Part shown: positions 1 to 8,752 of the stretch, piece after piece
Layout of the letters: every line of letters begins with the position of its first letter
Numbering within the stretch: position 1 is the first letter of the stretch
Virus record (IMG/VR): IMGVR_UViG_3300045988_109821
Location: 1-46,792 of that record
Direction: 5' to 3' (one strand)
Source: a virus
DNA length: 46,792 nucleotides
The notes under the pieces: model-generated
What the model was told of the DNA's origin: nothing
The model's input: the letters and a program-made list of their open reading frames with translations, nothing else
The model's database searches: none
Program-made: the position numbers and the translations under genes

Positions 1-119
1 ATTTTTTTTTCAAATTTGATTTTGATATTTTTTTTAATTATATAAATATATTATTGTAATTATATAATATAACTGTATAATGAAAACCAATTAAACAAAA
101 TACGACAAAAAATCGTAAA
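1..119. repeat. Left copy of a direct terminal repeat (identical to 46674-46792). True length is at least 119 bp because the window edge truncates it.
   Basis: Exact sequence identity between the first and last 119 nt of the window. Confidence 0.9.
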
Positions 120-455
120 ATTTTAAAAAAATTGATGTTAAACAGAAAGTAAAAATGAATTTTCAATGTATAAGTTTTCTATATAGTTTTTACCAATGTG
201 TCATAATTCGACAATGTAAAAATATGTAATATATGTAATAATGTGTGTAACTGGTTGTGTCTGCATCTTGTGTAATAATGTGAATTTTACAAATTGAAAG
301 GTCATAAATAAGAGAAAGAGAGAAAATATTTTAGTGTATGTGTAATTGTTACGCATACCTGGGGGTGGGTTTGAAATGATGTCTATATGCGTCCTTGCCT
401 GTGCGTGATATATTATATTAAGATTTTTCTCCCTCTAACCTCATAAAATAAAAAA

Positions 456-484
456 TTTACAAAAAACCAAAAGTGTGCTATAAT
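456..484 (+). promoter_or_regulatory. Sigma-A-type promoter: -35 TTTACA, 17-bp spacer, extended -10 TGTGCTATAAT.
   Basis: Consensus hexamers read directly. The same TGTGCTATAAT element recurs at 20849-20859. Confidence 0.6.
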
Positions 485-499
485 GTAACTGGTGATAAT

Positions 500-1009
500 A
501 TGACAGAACAGGAACTAGATGCCATCTTTGGTACCAGTGCTTTATTTGATAAGGATTCTTCAGAATATAAGGAAGCAAACATATATTCGAGTATTGAGAA
601 AGAGAAAAGGAAACTCACTTTAGAGGACCCTTTATCTGTAGCACTATCTCAGGCTACACATTTAGATGACAATAAGAAAGAAAGATATAACTATTTAGCC
701 AGTCTGTATACAGCTGACATGGCGAAGAATATATTTAAGAATCAGTTTGATTTAGCTGAGAAGTATAGTAATACTACAGTTGATGAGTGGAATGACTTTT
801 TAGCTGATAGAATCGTAAGTGTATATATACAGAAGCACAAAAGAACACTTTTAAAAGCTGCAGCTGAGGATAACTTAGCCAACCCCACAGCTAAAAATAA
901 GCGTGATAACTTACAACTTATTAAGAATCTAGAGGAACAAGAGCAGCTAGAGAATAATAGAAACATATGTATTATAAGAATACCTGATATCTATGACGAT
1001 GCCTCATAG
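500..1009 (+). CDS. Hypothetical protein, possible terminase small subunit (first gene of the packaging module, upstream of terL).
   Basis: 169-aa ORF starting at ATG 500 with a GGTGA RBS. Called by position only, no recognisable motif. Confidence 0.35.
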   Translation: MTEQELDAIFGTSALFDKDSSEYKEANIYSSIEKEKRKLTLEDPLSVALSQATHLDDNKKERYNYLASLYTADMAKNIFKNQFDLAEKYSNTTVDEWNDFLADRIVSVYIQKHKRTLLKAAAEDNLANPTAKNKRDNLQLIKNLEEQEQLENNRNICIIRIPDIYDDAS

Positions 1010-1499
1010 GTAGCATAGAGTATATAATCAACAGACAGAAGTTATCAGGACGTCAGCATTATAGCCACAGCTTTGGAAACTATAATGTGAAACACTATGT
1101 GAGATTACATATTCTATGGTGCCTATAAGGTGCCAGGTAAAGCCACTTTTTCATTTACTTTAGTGCTACCCTCGTAGGTAGCATAGATTAGATATTCCAT
1201 ATTAACTATGGTCGATTAAAAAGTTGGTGAAAGTCCAGGTAATATCTATTCTATGGTGCTTATAAGGCACTAGAACTGATTTATTAGATTAGTTCTTCAA
1301 ATATTTTAAAGTGTTTGTTTATTCCCTATTGGTACGGGAATGAACTATCTCTAGTAGATAGTGATACTGAATAATAAAGGAACGCAATTAGACGTATTCT
1401 AATTAAAGGTAACTCAGACGAACATATTTTATTGAACTCGAGATAACAATAAAAACAATTCTAGGGAGAGAAGTGACGAAAGATTTTATTATTTAGTAT

Positions 1500-1521
1500 C
1501 AGTATCTATTAAGGATACTAA
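1500..1521. repeat. 22-bp element CAGTATCTATTAAGGATACTAA, which contains the palindrome AGTATC...GATACT. This is copy 1.
   Basis: Exact second copy at 1893-1914. Confidence 0.7.
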
Positions 1522-1892
1522 CAGGAGTTGTAAATAAATATTTTCCTGTTCCATATAGTTTACTTTTAGTAGTAACTATATTGTTTGATGTTTTTATATG
1601 TAACGCCAATTACATATAAAGAAATGCCTAGAAATAGTGGAGTAGCTTATACGCTGTATTTGTTATTCGAGATTGTTATATAACAATTGCATTACCTTTA
1701 ACAGGTAGTGTCTAGTGATATATAAATTGGGTATGCTGGGAAATGAAAGGGTGCAATATTAATTAAAAACTTGCAAGATTGATTAATATTCCTAGTGAAG
1801 AAATATAGGTTTGCAATCGACCAAATATTTAATCATGACTAATGAAGTAAGAATTGCTATATTAGTATGTAAAAAGCCTTTATATCATTAGA

Positions 1893-1914
1893 CAGTATCT
1901 ATTAAGGATACTAA
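1893..1914. repeat. Copy 2 of the 22-bp palindromic element.
   Basis: Identical to 1500-1521. Confidence 0.7.
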
Positions 1915-2067
1915 AATCTCCAATCTAATTATATACTGCTTTTTAGCAGTATGCTGACACTGAATTATACTTAAAACTTTTTAACCATCCTTATTTTAAA
2001 GCTATTTGTAATAGTTCGTTCAAAAACCATTTTGGTGTCAGCATAGTGTTAAAAAGGAGGTGAAACT

Positions 2068-2271
2068 GTGGAAAAGTTATCGGAAGATAAGACTTTTTTA
2101 GTATACAAATGTCCATGTTGTGGAGTTGGTAAGATTACTATTAATAAAACAAGTAATCATAAGTATGGTTATTGTGACACATGTGATGCAGCTTACATAC
2201 ATTATGTTCCATTACCTCATCAATTAGCTATGCACAAAGATAAACATAAGATAAAATTACAAATTGGAGGT
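2068..2271 (+). CDS. terL: Terminase large subunit, exon 1. It has an N-terminal CxxC...CxxC zinc ribbon and ends in ...KLQIGG, the first half of a GGxGS(A)KS Walker A motif. Translation may instead start at ATG 2230.
   Basis: GTG start after an AAGGAGG RBS. The ORF stops at TAA 2272-2274, immediately after a U that pairs with an intron guide sequence. Joining to 2951 gives QIGG-MGSAKS. Confidence 0.6.
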
Positions 2272-2950
2272 TAAATGCCCCTAGCCTCATAATTGGGTGA
2301 ATTGCTGGAAAACCTAGGGATAGGCAATCAGCAGCCAAGCTATTTAGGGATAAATAGAAGGTTCAACGACTAGTAGCATACCACTAGAACAGTGATGAAG
2401 CTGCCACGAGTGCCCAACACAAAAATGTGAAGATATAGTCTAAACTGTAACAATAATCCTTGACACAACACCCTACTTCCTATATAATTAGGGTAGGAGG
2501 TGTTGTAAATGAATAATGATAGTATTTGGATACTAATGAATGAAATAGGAAATAAGCCAATAAAAGGTCAATATTTTATATCTGATAAAGGTGAAGTTTA
2601 CAGTACTTTTACAAGAAAAATACTTAAACCTCAAACAGACCATAAAGGATATCAGTATATAGAAATTGGTAGTAAAAAATTTAAAATACATAGACTTGTT
2701 GGTAAATATTTTATACCTAATCCAAATAATTTACCCCAAATTAATCATATCGATTTGAATAAGGCAAATAATCATAAAGAAAATTTAGAGTGGGTTTCTA
2801 ATAGAGAAAATTATGAGTATTCCTTAAAAATGGGAACTTTTAGCAAATCTTTTTTAGAATATAAAGGGAATCCTAAAAAAATTTGGGAAAAACATTATGA
2901 AAAGAAATTACAGAACTAAAGGATAAAGAGCCTTTAGGTTAATATTATTG
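2272..2950 (+). mobile_element. Group I self-splicing intron carrying an HNH homing endonuclease ORF.
   Basis: P-like GAATTGCTGGAAAA (2299-2312); Q-like AATCAGCAGCC (2326-2336); R-like GTTCAACGACTAGT (2361-2374); S-like AAGATATAGTC (2430-2440); P7 pairing GACUA/UAGUC. The 5' exon ends ...GGAGGU (2266-2271), which pairs with GCCUC (2284-2288). The intron ends with G 2950. Confidence 0.7.
2509..2919 (+). CDS. HNH homing endonuclease (NUMOD4-like N-terminal domain plus HNH_3), intron-encoded.
   Basis: Motifs HRLVGKYFIPNP...INHIDLNKANNHKENLEWVSNREN. RBS GGTAGGAGG. Confidence 0.85.
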   Translation: MNNDSIWILMNEIGNKPIKGQYFISDKGEVYSTFTRKILKPQTDHKGYQYIEIGSKKFKIHRLVGKYFIPNPNNLPQINHIDLNKANNHKENLEWVSNRENYEYSLKMGTFSKSFLEYKGNPKKIWEKHYEKKLQN

Positions 2951-3664
2951 ATGGGCTCAGCTAAATCAAACTCAAGTGTTATGGAGATTATAAACCATGC
3001 ACTTACTGTACCATATGGGCAGACAATTATGTTAGCACAAACCCTAAAGCAACTTTCTAAGGCAATTATGCCTATTTTTGATGAATATTTACCACGTAAA
3101 TTTGTGGAAAAGTGGACTGATACTAAAGCTGAAATTGAAATAGTCCTTACTAATGGACACAAAATAACAGGATTTGCCAGTGATGATGAAGAAAAGTTTC
3201 GTTCTATGAATATAACAGCTTTCTATATAGAAGAAGCATCAGGTATAAGTCCTAAAATCTACCAGGAGTGTGTTAGACGTTTAAGAAACACACATGGTAT
3301 TATAGATGGTGTTGAACACTTTGTTGGTATTATATGTTCAAACCCAGCTCAAGGACCTATAAGAGATTTACTGTTTACAGCAGACCACATAGAAGGAAGT
3401 AAGTCTATTGCAGAAACTGTAAAAATGTATGAGAAGAGAATTACAAATAGAAACCCAGATTTGGCTGCATTTCTATCTAGTAGTAGAGATAATCCTTACT
3501 TACCACCTGGATTTGTACAATCTGTTGTAAATTCACTAACTCCAGAACAAGTAAGACTTTATGTAGACTGTATTATAGAGTATGCAGAGGGTGCTGTTTA
3601 TCCTGATATATTAAGTCATACATGTGAGCCATTTCCAATACCAGATGATTGGACTAGATATATT
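2951..3664 (+). CDS. terL: Terminase large subunit, exon 2 (ATPase domain; GSAKS Walker A remainder and AFYIEEAS Walker B-like). The 3' boundary is uncertain, somewhere in 3664-3679.
   Basis: Reading frame is open from 2927, with no start codon context of its own. It is continuous in frame with exon 1 after intron removal. Confidence 0.6.
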
Positions 3665-4637
3665 GCACATGACCCTGGTGAACATATAAAAATGTGCTAT
3701 ATTTAGTTTGTAATATAAGGAAATAATCTTTACATTATCCTGTGTATATGTTAAAATTATACCAGGGAGATGATAGAATGTTAGAAAATTATTTAATAAC
3801 TAAAGAAGGATTCATAATATCTTACAAAAATAAAGAACCTAGAGTGCTTAAAGGACAACTTGATAGAGATGGTTATTATAGGGTTGAAATAAGAGAAAAT
3901 AAAAAACGTAAATGGTGCTATTTACATAGGTTAGTAGCTATGCAGTATATACCTAATCCTGAAAATAAACCTGAAGTCAACCATATAAACGGAATAAAAA
4001 CTGATAACAGAGTTGAAAATTTAGAATGGGTTACGAGAAGTGAAAACGCAAAACATGCTGTTTTAAATGATATGTGTAAACAACCCAAAAAAGTTAATCA
4101 GTACAACACAAATGGTGAATTTATCAGACAATGGAATAGTATAAAAGAAGCTAAAAAGTGTCTAAATATAAAAAATGCACATATAAGTCAAGTCTGTCAG
4201 GGGCAAAGAAAAACAGCAGGTGGTTATATTTGGAGATATGATACTAATAAATCAAAATTAAATAAAGAAAAGGTTAGAGAAATAAGAGAAAATAAAGAGA
4301 ATCTTAACCGAGTCGCTTTAGCAAAGAAATATGGGGTATCATGCAGTTGTATACAACATATTCGTAGAGGAAGAACTTGGAAAGATGTAATGCCAGGTGA
4401 GTTTGGTGACAAACTCTAAGAAAACCGAAGAAAAAAACTGGAAGGCTAAGTCAGAAATGATATGCTAATCAGAGGTGAAGGACTTACTAAGTAAGCCCAG
4501 CCACAACGCATAGGAACTGAAAAGATATAATGTTCCCACGAGGCTTCGGCTCTCAGTCTTGCTGAGATGAAAAGATATGCTGGACTTATAGGAAACTATA
4601 AGAAGTAGAGGATAAAAAGCCTTTACGTTAACAAACG
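3665..4637 (+). mobile_element. Second intervening sequence in terL, a putative group I intron with a 5'-located HNH endonuclease ORF. Boundaries are approximate.
   Basis: The terL frame is interrupted. The region 4420-4640 is non-coding and structured, with Q/R/S-like elements (AATCAGAGG, CCACAACGCATAGGAAC, AAGATATAATGTTCC). The 9-nt ATGACCCTG occurs in frame at both 3669-3677 and 4642-4650. Confidence 0.45.
3742..4419 (+). CDS. HNH homing endonuclease (NUMOD4 plus HNH_3 plus C-terminal DNA-binding module).
   Basis: Motifs HRLVAMQYIPNP...VNHINGIKTDNRVENLEWVTRSEN. The C-terminal NAHISQVCQG motif is shared with the HNH at 37258-37836. Confidence 0.85.
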   Translation: MYMLKLYQGDDRMLENYLITKEGFIISYKNKEPRVLKGQLDRDGYYRVEIRENKKRKWCYLHRLVAMQYIPNPENKPEVNHINGIKTDNRVENLEWVTRSENAKHAVLNDMCKQPKKVNQYNTNGEFIRQWNSIKEAKKCLNIKNAHISQVCQGQRKTAGGYIWRYDTNKSKLNKEKVREIRENKENLNRVALAKKYGVSCSCIQHIRRGRTWKDVMPGEFGDKL

Positions 4638-5306
4638 ATTAATGACCCTGCAGCTATTTTATTAGGAGCACAAGACCCAAATACAGGTATAATCTATTTC
4701 TATAGAGAATATTATAAGACAAATCAGGTGCTAGCACAGGTTGCTCCTGAGTTTAAGAAAATGATAAGTGATATACCACAGGGTTGCTTGCATATGCCCC
4801 TTATAGACCCATCTGCAGATAAGAGAAGTAAGACAACAGGTCGTACATATAAACAACAACTACAACTTGAACATGGTATAGTGACAAAATGTGCTATAAA
4901 TAATATTGAGGATGGTATTCAGAGGGTTAAAAATATGATGTATGCAGGTTTACTTGTATTCTTTAATAACTTGACATACACTTTACGTGAGGGTTGTGAG
5001 TATAGATATCCTACACAAGAAGAAAGAAATAAGAATAAAAATCTAGGTGAGAAGCCTATAGATAAGAATAACCACTTAATGGACTGTTTAAGATATATTT
5101 GTCAAGAAGTCCCTTATGACTATATAGATATGAAACGTGTTGCATATTCAAATTACATAGAATTTTTTGATAAGCAAAGAAGAGGAAGTGCAGACATAAA
5201 GAAATCATTGTCTTTTAGGGAAATAATTGATATAATAAATAGGGATAATATAGAAGAGAGCATGAACACAAGACAGTGTTGTGCGGGAGGTTATAGTATA
5301 TGCTAA
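4638..5306 (+). CDS. terL: Terminase large subunit, exon 3 (RNaseH-like nuclease domain). The 5' boundary is uncertain, somewhere in 4638-4651.
   Basis: The frame opens at 4632 with (I)NDPAAILLGAQDPNTGIIYFY, and contains NHLMDCLRY (a typical terminase nuclease-domain motif). No start codon or RBS of its own. Confidence 0.6.
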   Translation: MNDPAAILLGAQDPNTGIIYFYREYYKTNQVLAQVAPEFKKMISDIPQGCLHMPLIDPSADKRSKTTGRTYKQQLQLEHGIVTKCAINNIEDGIQRVKNMMYAGLLVFFNNLTYTLREGCEYRYPTQEERNKNKNLGEKPIDKNNHLMDCLRYICQEVPYDYIDMKRVAYSNYIEFFDKQRRGSADIKKSLSFREIIDIINRDNIEESMNTRQCCAGGYSIC

Positions 5307-5470
5307 AATTTTTTAGAAAGTTAAAATGGTTGATTAAAAATCAAGACAAGATTGAAAAATTATTACAAACTACAGAAAAGAAAAAAGACACAAAAAATTA
5401 TTCGATACTAGGTGTTCCTAATTATCAATTAGACTATATTAATGATATTTTAGAAACAGATAAGAAGTAG
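5300..5470 (+). CDS. Small hypothetical protein (56 aa) between terL and portal.
   Basis: ATG overlaps the terL stop (ATGCTAA). The ORF fills the gap exactly. It is below the cutoff of the ORF track. Confidence 0.35.
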   Translation: MLKFFRKLKWLIKNQDKIEKLLQTTEKKKDTKNYSILGVPNYQLDYINDILETDKK

Positions 5471-5484
5471 AAAGGTGATGAAAT

Positions 5485-7476
5485 ATGGAAGAAGAAAACA
5501 AATTAGAACAACAGTTAATTAAACTTATTAATGAGGCTGTTGACTTCAGAAGTAGCAACAGAGATGAAGAATATCTTACAAATATGGCACATTATGAAGG
5601 TTTGCAATGGAATCTAGCTGAAAATAAAGATAATTCTCCATTTATGTTAAAAAGTGACATAAACCACTTAAAAAATGCTGTTGATTTACGATTGGGCAGC
5701 TTATTTGCGGAAAGCTACTATGGTGAATTAGAACCTTTAAGTCCAAATGACATAGAATCTATAAATACTTTAAATAATTTGTATAGAAATGAATGGTCTA
5801 GACTTAATGCAGATGATAGAGTTGAAGCAGCCATAAAAAACGGATGCTTACAAGACAATGGTTACACCGAAATAACATTTGACGAAGGTGCTATCTTTGG
5901 TGGAACAGGAACTCGTAGAGAAGGTTCTATAGTTCTTAGGGATTTGAGTACAAGTAATGTATATTTAGACCCAAAAGCTGAAAACATTGATGAGTGTGAA
6001 TATATTGTAGTAAAATCTCAAAAGTCAAAGAACTGGATAAAGAGAAATAGACCTGATTGGTTAGATAAAATAAAAGAGAGACAAATTAAACCTGCTGGTT
6101 ATACTAGTAATGATAATGGAAACATCTATATAGGACGTGATTATACAAAAAGTTCTGCTGAAGAGTATACTCTTGATACAGTATATAGAAAATATGTAGA
6201 AGATATGGACATTGACGTTATTGATGATAATGGAAATCCTGTCATTATTGATAAGGAAACAGGCGAAACACAAAAAGAAACAATTAAAGTAACACGTATA
6301 AAAGTACATTACTTAATTTCTGATATGCTTTTAGACACAGATGAAGACTATCCATTTGATGAATTCCCTATAATTCCATTTCAATGGCAACCTATTCCAC
6401 AAAGTCCATATGGTATACCTCTAATAAGAGGACTTACTACTCCTCAAAAAGTAGCCAACTTAATTGAAAGTGCTGCTAATAATGTTGCTATGCACTACTC
6501 AACACCTACATGGATAGTAAGTGAAGAAAGTGGACTCGATATTAATAAAGTTGCAAAACTTGCTAATGCTGTTGGTATGGTATGGAAAGTATCTGGGGAT
6601 GCTTCAAAAGCTATTAAGCAAATGGATTATCCAGATGTAAATGAACAATTAATAGGTATTAAGAATAGCTTTGTTGATAATATTCAGACTTATTCAGGTA
6701 TTTCACAAACTTACATAGGTAATATAGGAACAGCAGGTTCAACAGCAGAAGGTACTAATACAGCTGTTAATAGAGCCACTGTTATAGATAATCCTGTTCT
6801 TAAACAAATTGAGAAATATGTTGAGAAATTATCTCGCATGATTATTAGATTTATGACTAGATATTATAAAAATCAAACAATCTATATAAGAGATACTAAA
6901 AAGACTGAACAAGGTGAATATACATTTAAGCAATTTTTCATGAAAGATACTTATGAAAATATTAATTATGATTTTACAGTTAAATTAGCTGGACGTAGTA
7001 AATCTGATAAGAATAGACAATATAACTTAATGAAAGATTTATATACTATTCAAAATCAATATAAAGATGCAAATAGAGTTATTAACATACCTGATTTAGT
7101 TAAAGCTGCTCAATTAGACAACTACGATGAAATGTTTAAGAGATTTAGTGATATGACAGAAGAAGCATTTAATGAAAAAGCTGATATGATTGTTCAAATT
7201 ATGAATATAGGTGGTACAATTACACCAAATGGGCAACCTCTAATAACAGCAGAAGAAATGCAACAAGGTATCATAGATGTATTAAATGATGATGGTGACC
7301 TAACAACTGTTGAAAATATCTTTAATACATATAAAGAATATCAAACACAAATCACAGAAATGAAGAATGCTTTAGCTGCACAAGGACAACAAAAAGCTAT
7401 TAATAATGTAAATGCACAAAACAATGCTTTAGAAGGACAACTTACAGAACGTCTACAATCTATAAATAACAATTAA
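5485..7476 (+). CDS. Probable portal protein (663 aa).
   Basis: Size and position directly after terL; RBS AAAGGTGATG. No motif-level proof. Confidence 0.5.
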   Translation: MEEENKLEQQLIKLINEAVDFRSSNRDEEYLTNMAHYEGLQWNLAENKDNSPFMLKSDINHLKNAVDLRLGSLFAESYYGELEPLSPNDIESINTLNNLYRNEWSRLNADDRVEAAIKNGCLQDNGYTEITFDEGAIFGGTGTRREGSIVLRDLSTSNVYLDPKAENIDECEYIVVKSQKSKNWIKRNRPDWLDKIKERQIKPAGYTSNDNGNIYIGRDYTKSSAEEYTLDTVYRKYVEDMDIDVIDDNGNPVIIDKETGETQKETIKVTRIKVHYLISDMLLDTDEDYPFDEFPIIPFQWQPIPQSPYGIPLIRGLTTPQKVANLIESAANNVAMHYSTPTWIVSEESGLDINKVAKLANAVGMVWKVSGDASKAIKQMDYPDVNEQLIGIKNSFVDNIQTYSGISQTYIGNIGTAGSTAEGTNTAVNRATVIDNPVLKQIEKYVEKLSRMIIRFMTRYYKNQTIYIRDTKKTEQGEYTFKQFFMKDTYENINYDFTVKLAGRSKSDKNRQYNLMKDLYTIQNQYKDANRVINIPDLVKAAQLDNYDEMFKRFSDMTEEAFNEKADMIVQIMNIGGTITPNGQPLITAEEMQQGIIDVLNDDGDLTTVENIFNTYKEYQTQITEMKNALAAQGQQKAINNVNAQNNALEGQLTERLQSINNN

Positions 7477-7506
7477 AGAATTTATAAATAAGAGGAGGTG
7501 TAAGAT

Positions 7507-7713
7507 ATGAAAATGAGTGATAAAACATATAATAAACTAAAATATTTCTTAATGATATTCTATCCAGCATTAACATTATTGATTAGTACTTTAGGTTCTA
7601 TTTATAATTTTGATGTGGAAAAAATATTATTAACAATTAGTGCAATAGTAACATTTATAGGTACTATAACAGGTATTTCAAATATCAAATATAATAAAGA
7701 AAAAGGAGAGTAA
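7507..7713 (+). CDS. Putative holin (68 aa, two hydrophobic segments, charged C-terminus).
   Basis: Strong RBS AAGAGGAGGTG. It immediately precedes the endolysin. Confidence 0.55.
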   Translation: MKMSDKTYNKLKYFLMIFYPALTLLISTLGSIYNFDVEKILLTISAIVTFIGTITGISNIKYNKEKGE

Positions 7714-7715
7714 TT

Positions 7716-8615
7716 ATGGAAAGATATGGTTTAGATATTTCAGCATATCAAAAAGGAATTAGTTTTAATGCTATTAAAAATGCAGGAATTGAGTTTTTAA
7801 TAGTAAGAGCAGGTTTCACTGGGTGGGGAACAGGTGTAAGTTATAATGTTGATGAATGCTTTGAAACATTTTATAAACAAGCAAAAGACACAGGAATACC
7901 TGTAGGAGCTTACTGGTATAGTTGTGCTAACACTTATGATAAGGGTGTTGCAGAAGCCAACTATATGTATGATAAGTGTTTGAAAGGTAAACAGTTTGAA
8001 TACCCTATCTATATAGATGTAGAAGACAACCATCATCAAGTTGGCAATAAAGCGGGTGTTACAGAGGCTGTTAAGGGCTTTTGTGAAACACTTGAAAATA
8101 AAGGCTACTATGTGGGTGTATATGGAAGTGATATAAGTGGTTTTAAAGAAAAGATGAATTTATCTGATTTAGATGCTTACGACAAATGGGTTGCTATCTA
8201 TGGTGCAAAACCAGATTATATTAAATCATATGGTATGTGGCAACATACATCTAAAGGTAAAATAAATGGTTACAATGGTTATTTAGATACAAATATTGCA
8301 TACAAAGATTATCCTACAATTATGAAGAATGCAGGGTTGAATGGATATTCTAAAACATCAGATACACCAGAACCAGCACCTGCTATTAAACAAACATTAT
8401 ATTTACCAGCTTCTGCAAAATCATGGAATGTTTACCCTATGGATAAACAACCTGTTGTTGGTAATGAGTGTGGTAAATTATTACCTAGTAAGTTTGGTGG
8501 TCTTACATATGATATTTTAGGCTGGACTACTAAAAATACTGCTATTATTAAAACAAGAGATTTTGGTAAAGTTCAAATCTATGTTGCACCATCAACTGGA
8601 GCTGTTATAAAATAG
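7716..8615 (+). CDS. Endolysin: GH25 muramidase domain plus a C-terminal cell-wall-binding domain (SH3-like).
   Basis: N-terminal GLDISAYQKGISFNAIKNAGIEFLIVRAG...GAYWYS pattern of GH25 lysozymes. Confidence 0.8.
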   Translation: MERYGLDISAYQKGISFNAIKNAGIEFLIVRAGFTGWGTGVSYNVDECFETFYKQAKDTGIPVGAYWYSCANTYDKGVAEANYMYDKCLKGKQFEYPIYIDVEDNHHQVGNKAGVTEAVKGFCETLENKGYYVGVYGSDISGFKEKMNLSDLDAYDKWVAIYGAKPDYIKSYGMWQHTSKGKINGYNGYLDTNIAYKDYPTIMKNAGLNGYSKTSDTPEPAPAIKQTLYLPASAKSWNVYPMDKQPVVGNECGKLLPSKFGGLTYDILGWTTKNTAIIKTRDFGKVQIYVAPSTGAVIK

Positions 8616-8640
8616 TGTATTAATTACACTATTTTTATTT
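8613..8640 (+). terminator. Rho-independent terminator after the endolysin.
   Basis: Palindrome TAGTGTATTAATTACACTA followed by a T-run. Confidence 0.6.
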
Positions 8641-8752
8641 GACTTTTTAGTTAAAATATGGTAAATTATATTTAGAGTTATGATACTGACTCCCATAATA
8701 CTAAGGTCTGACCGAAAAGACATTAAAAAAGAGCGAGAAAGGAAGGTATAAT

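Noticed and set aside
742-966. Reverse-strand ORFs embedded in large forward genes (for example 742-966, 6061-6309, 7797-8039, 22046-22507, 23726-24211) and forward ORFs inside reverse genes (27737-27943, 31704-31985, 34412-34633 and others).
   Set aside because: They lie antisense to well-supported genes, have low-complexity AT-driven composition, and have no RBS. They are most likely spurious.
1010-2067. Looked for tRNA genes in the long non-coding region.
   Set aside because: No T-loop or GTTCGAATC-type sequences and no cloverleaf-compatible acceptor pairing were seen. This cannot be fully excluded without tRNAscan.
2068-2274. Treating the 68-aa Zn-ribbon ORF as an independent small gene.
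   Set aside because: Its C-terminus (QIGG) completes a Walker A with the downstream exon, and a group I P1 pairing is present at its 3' end. It fits better as terL exon 1, although the N-terminal Zn ribbon could still be a separate overlapping product.
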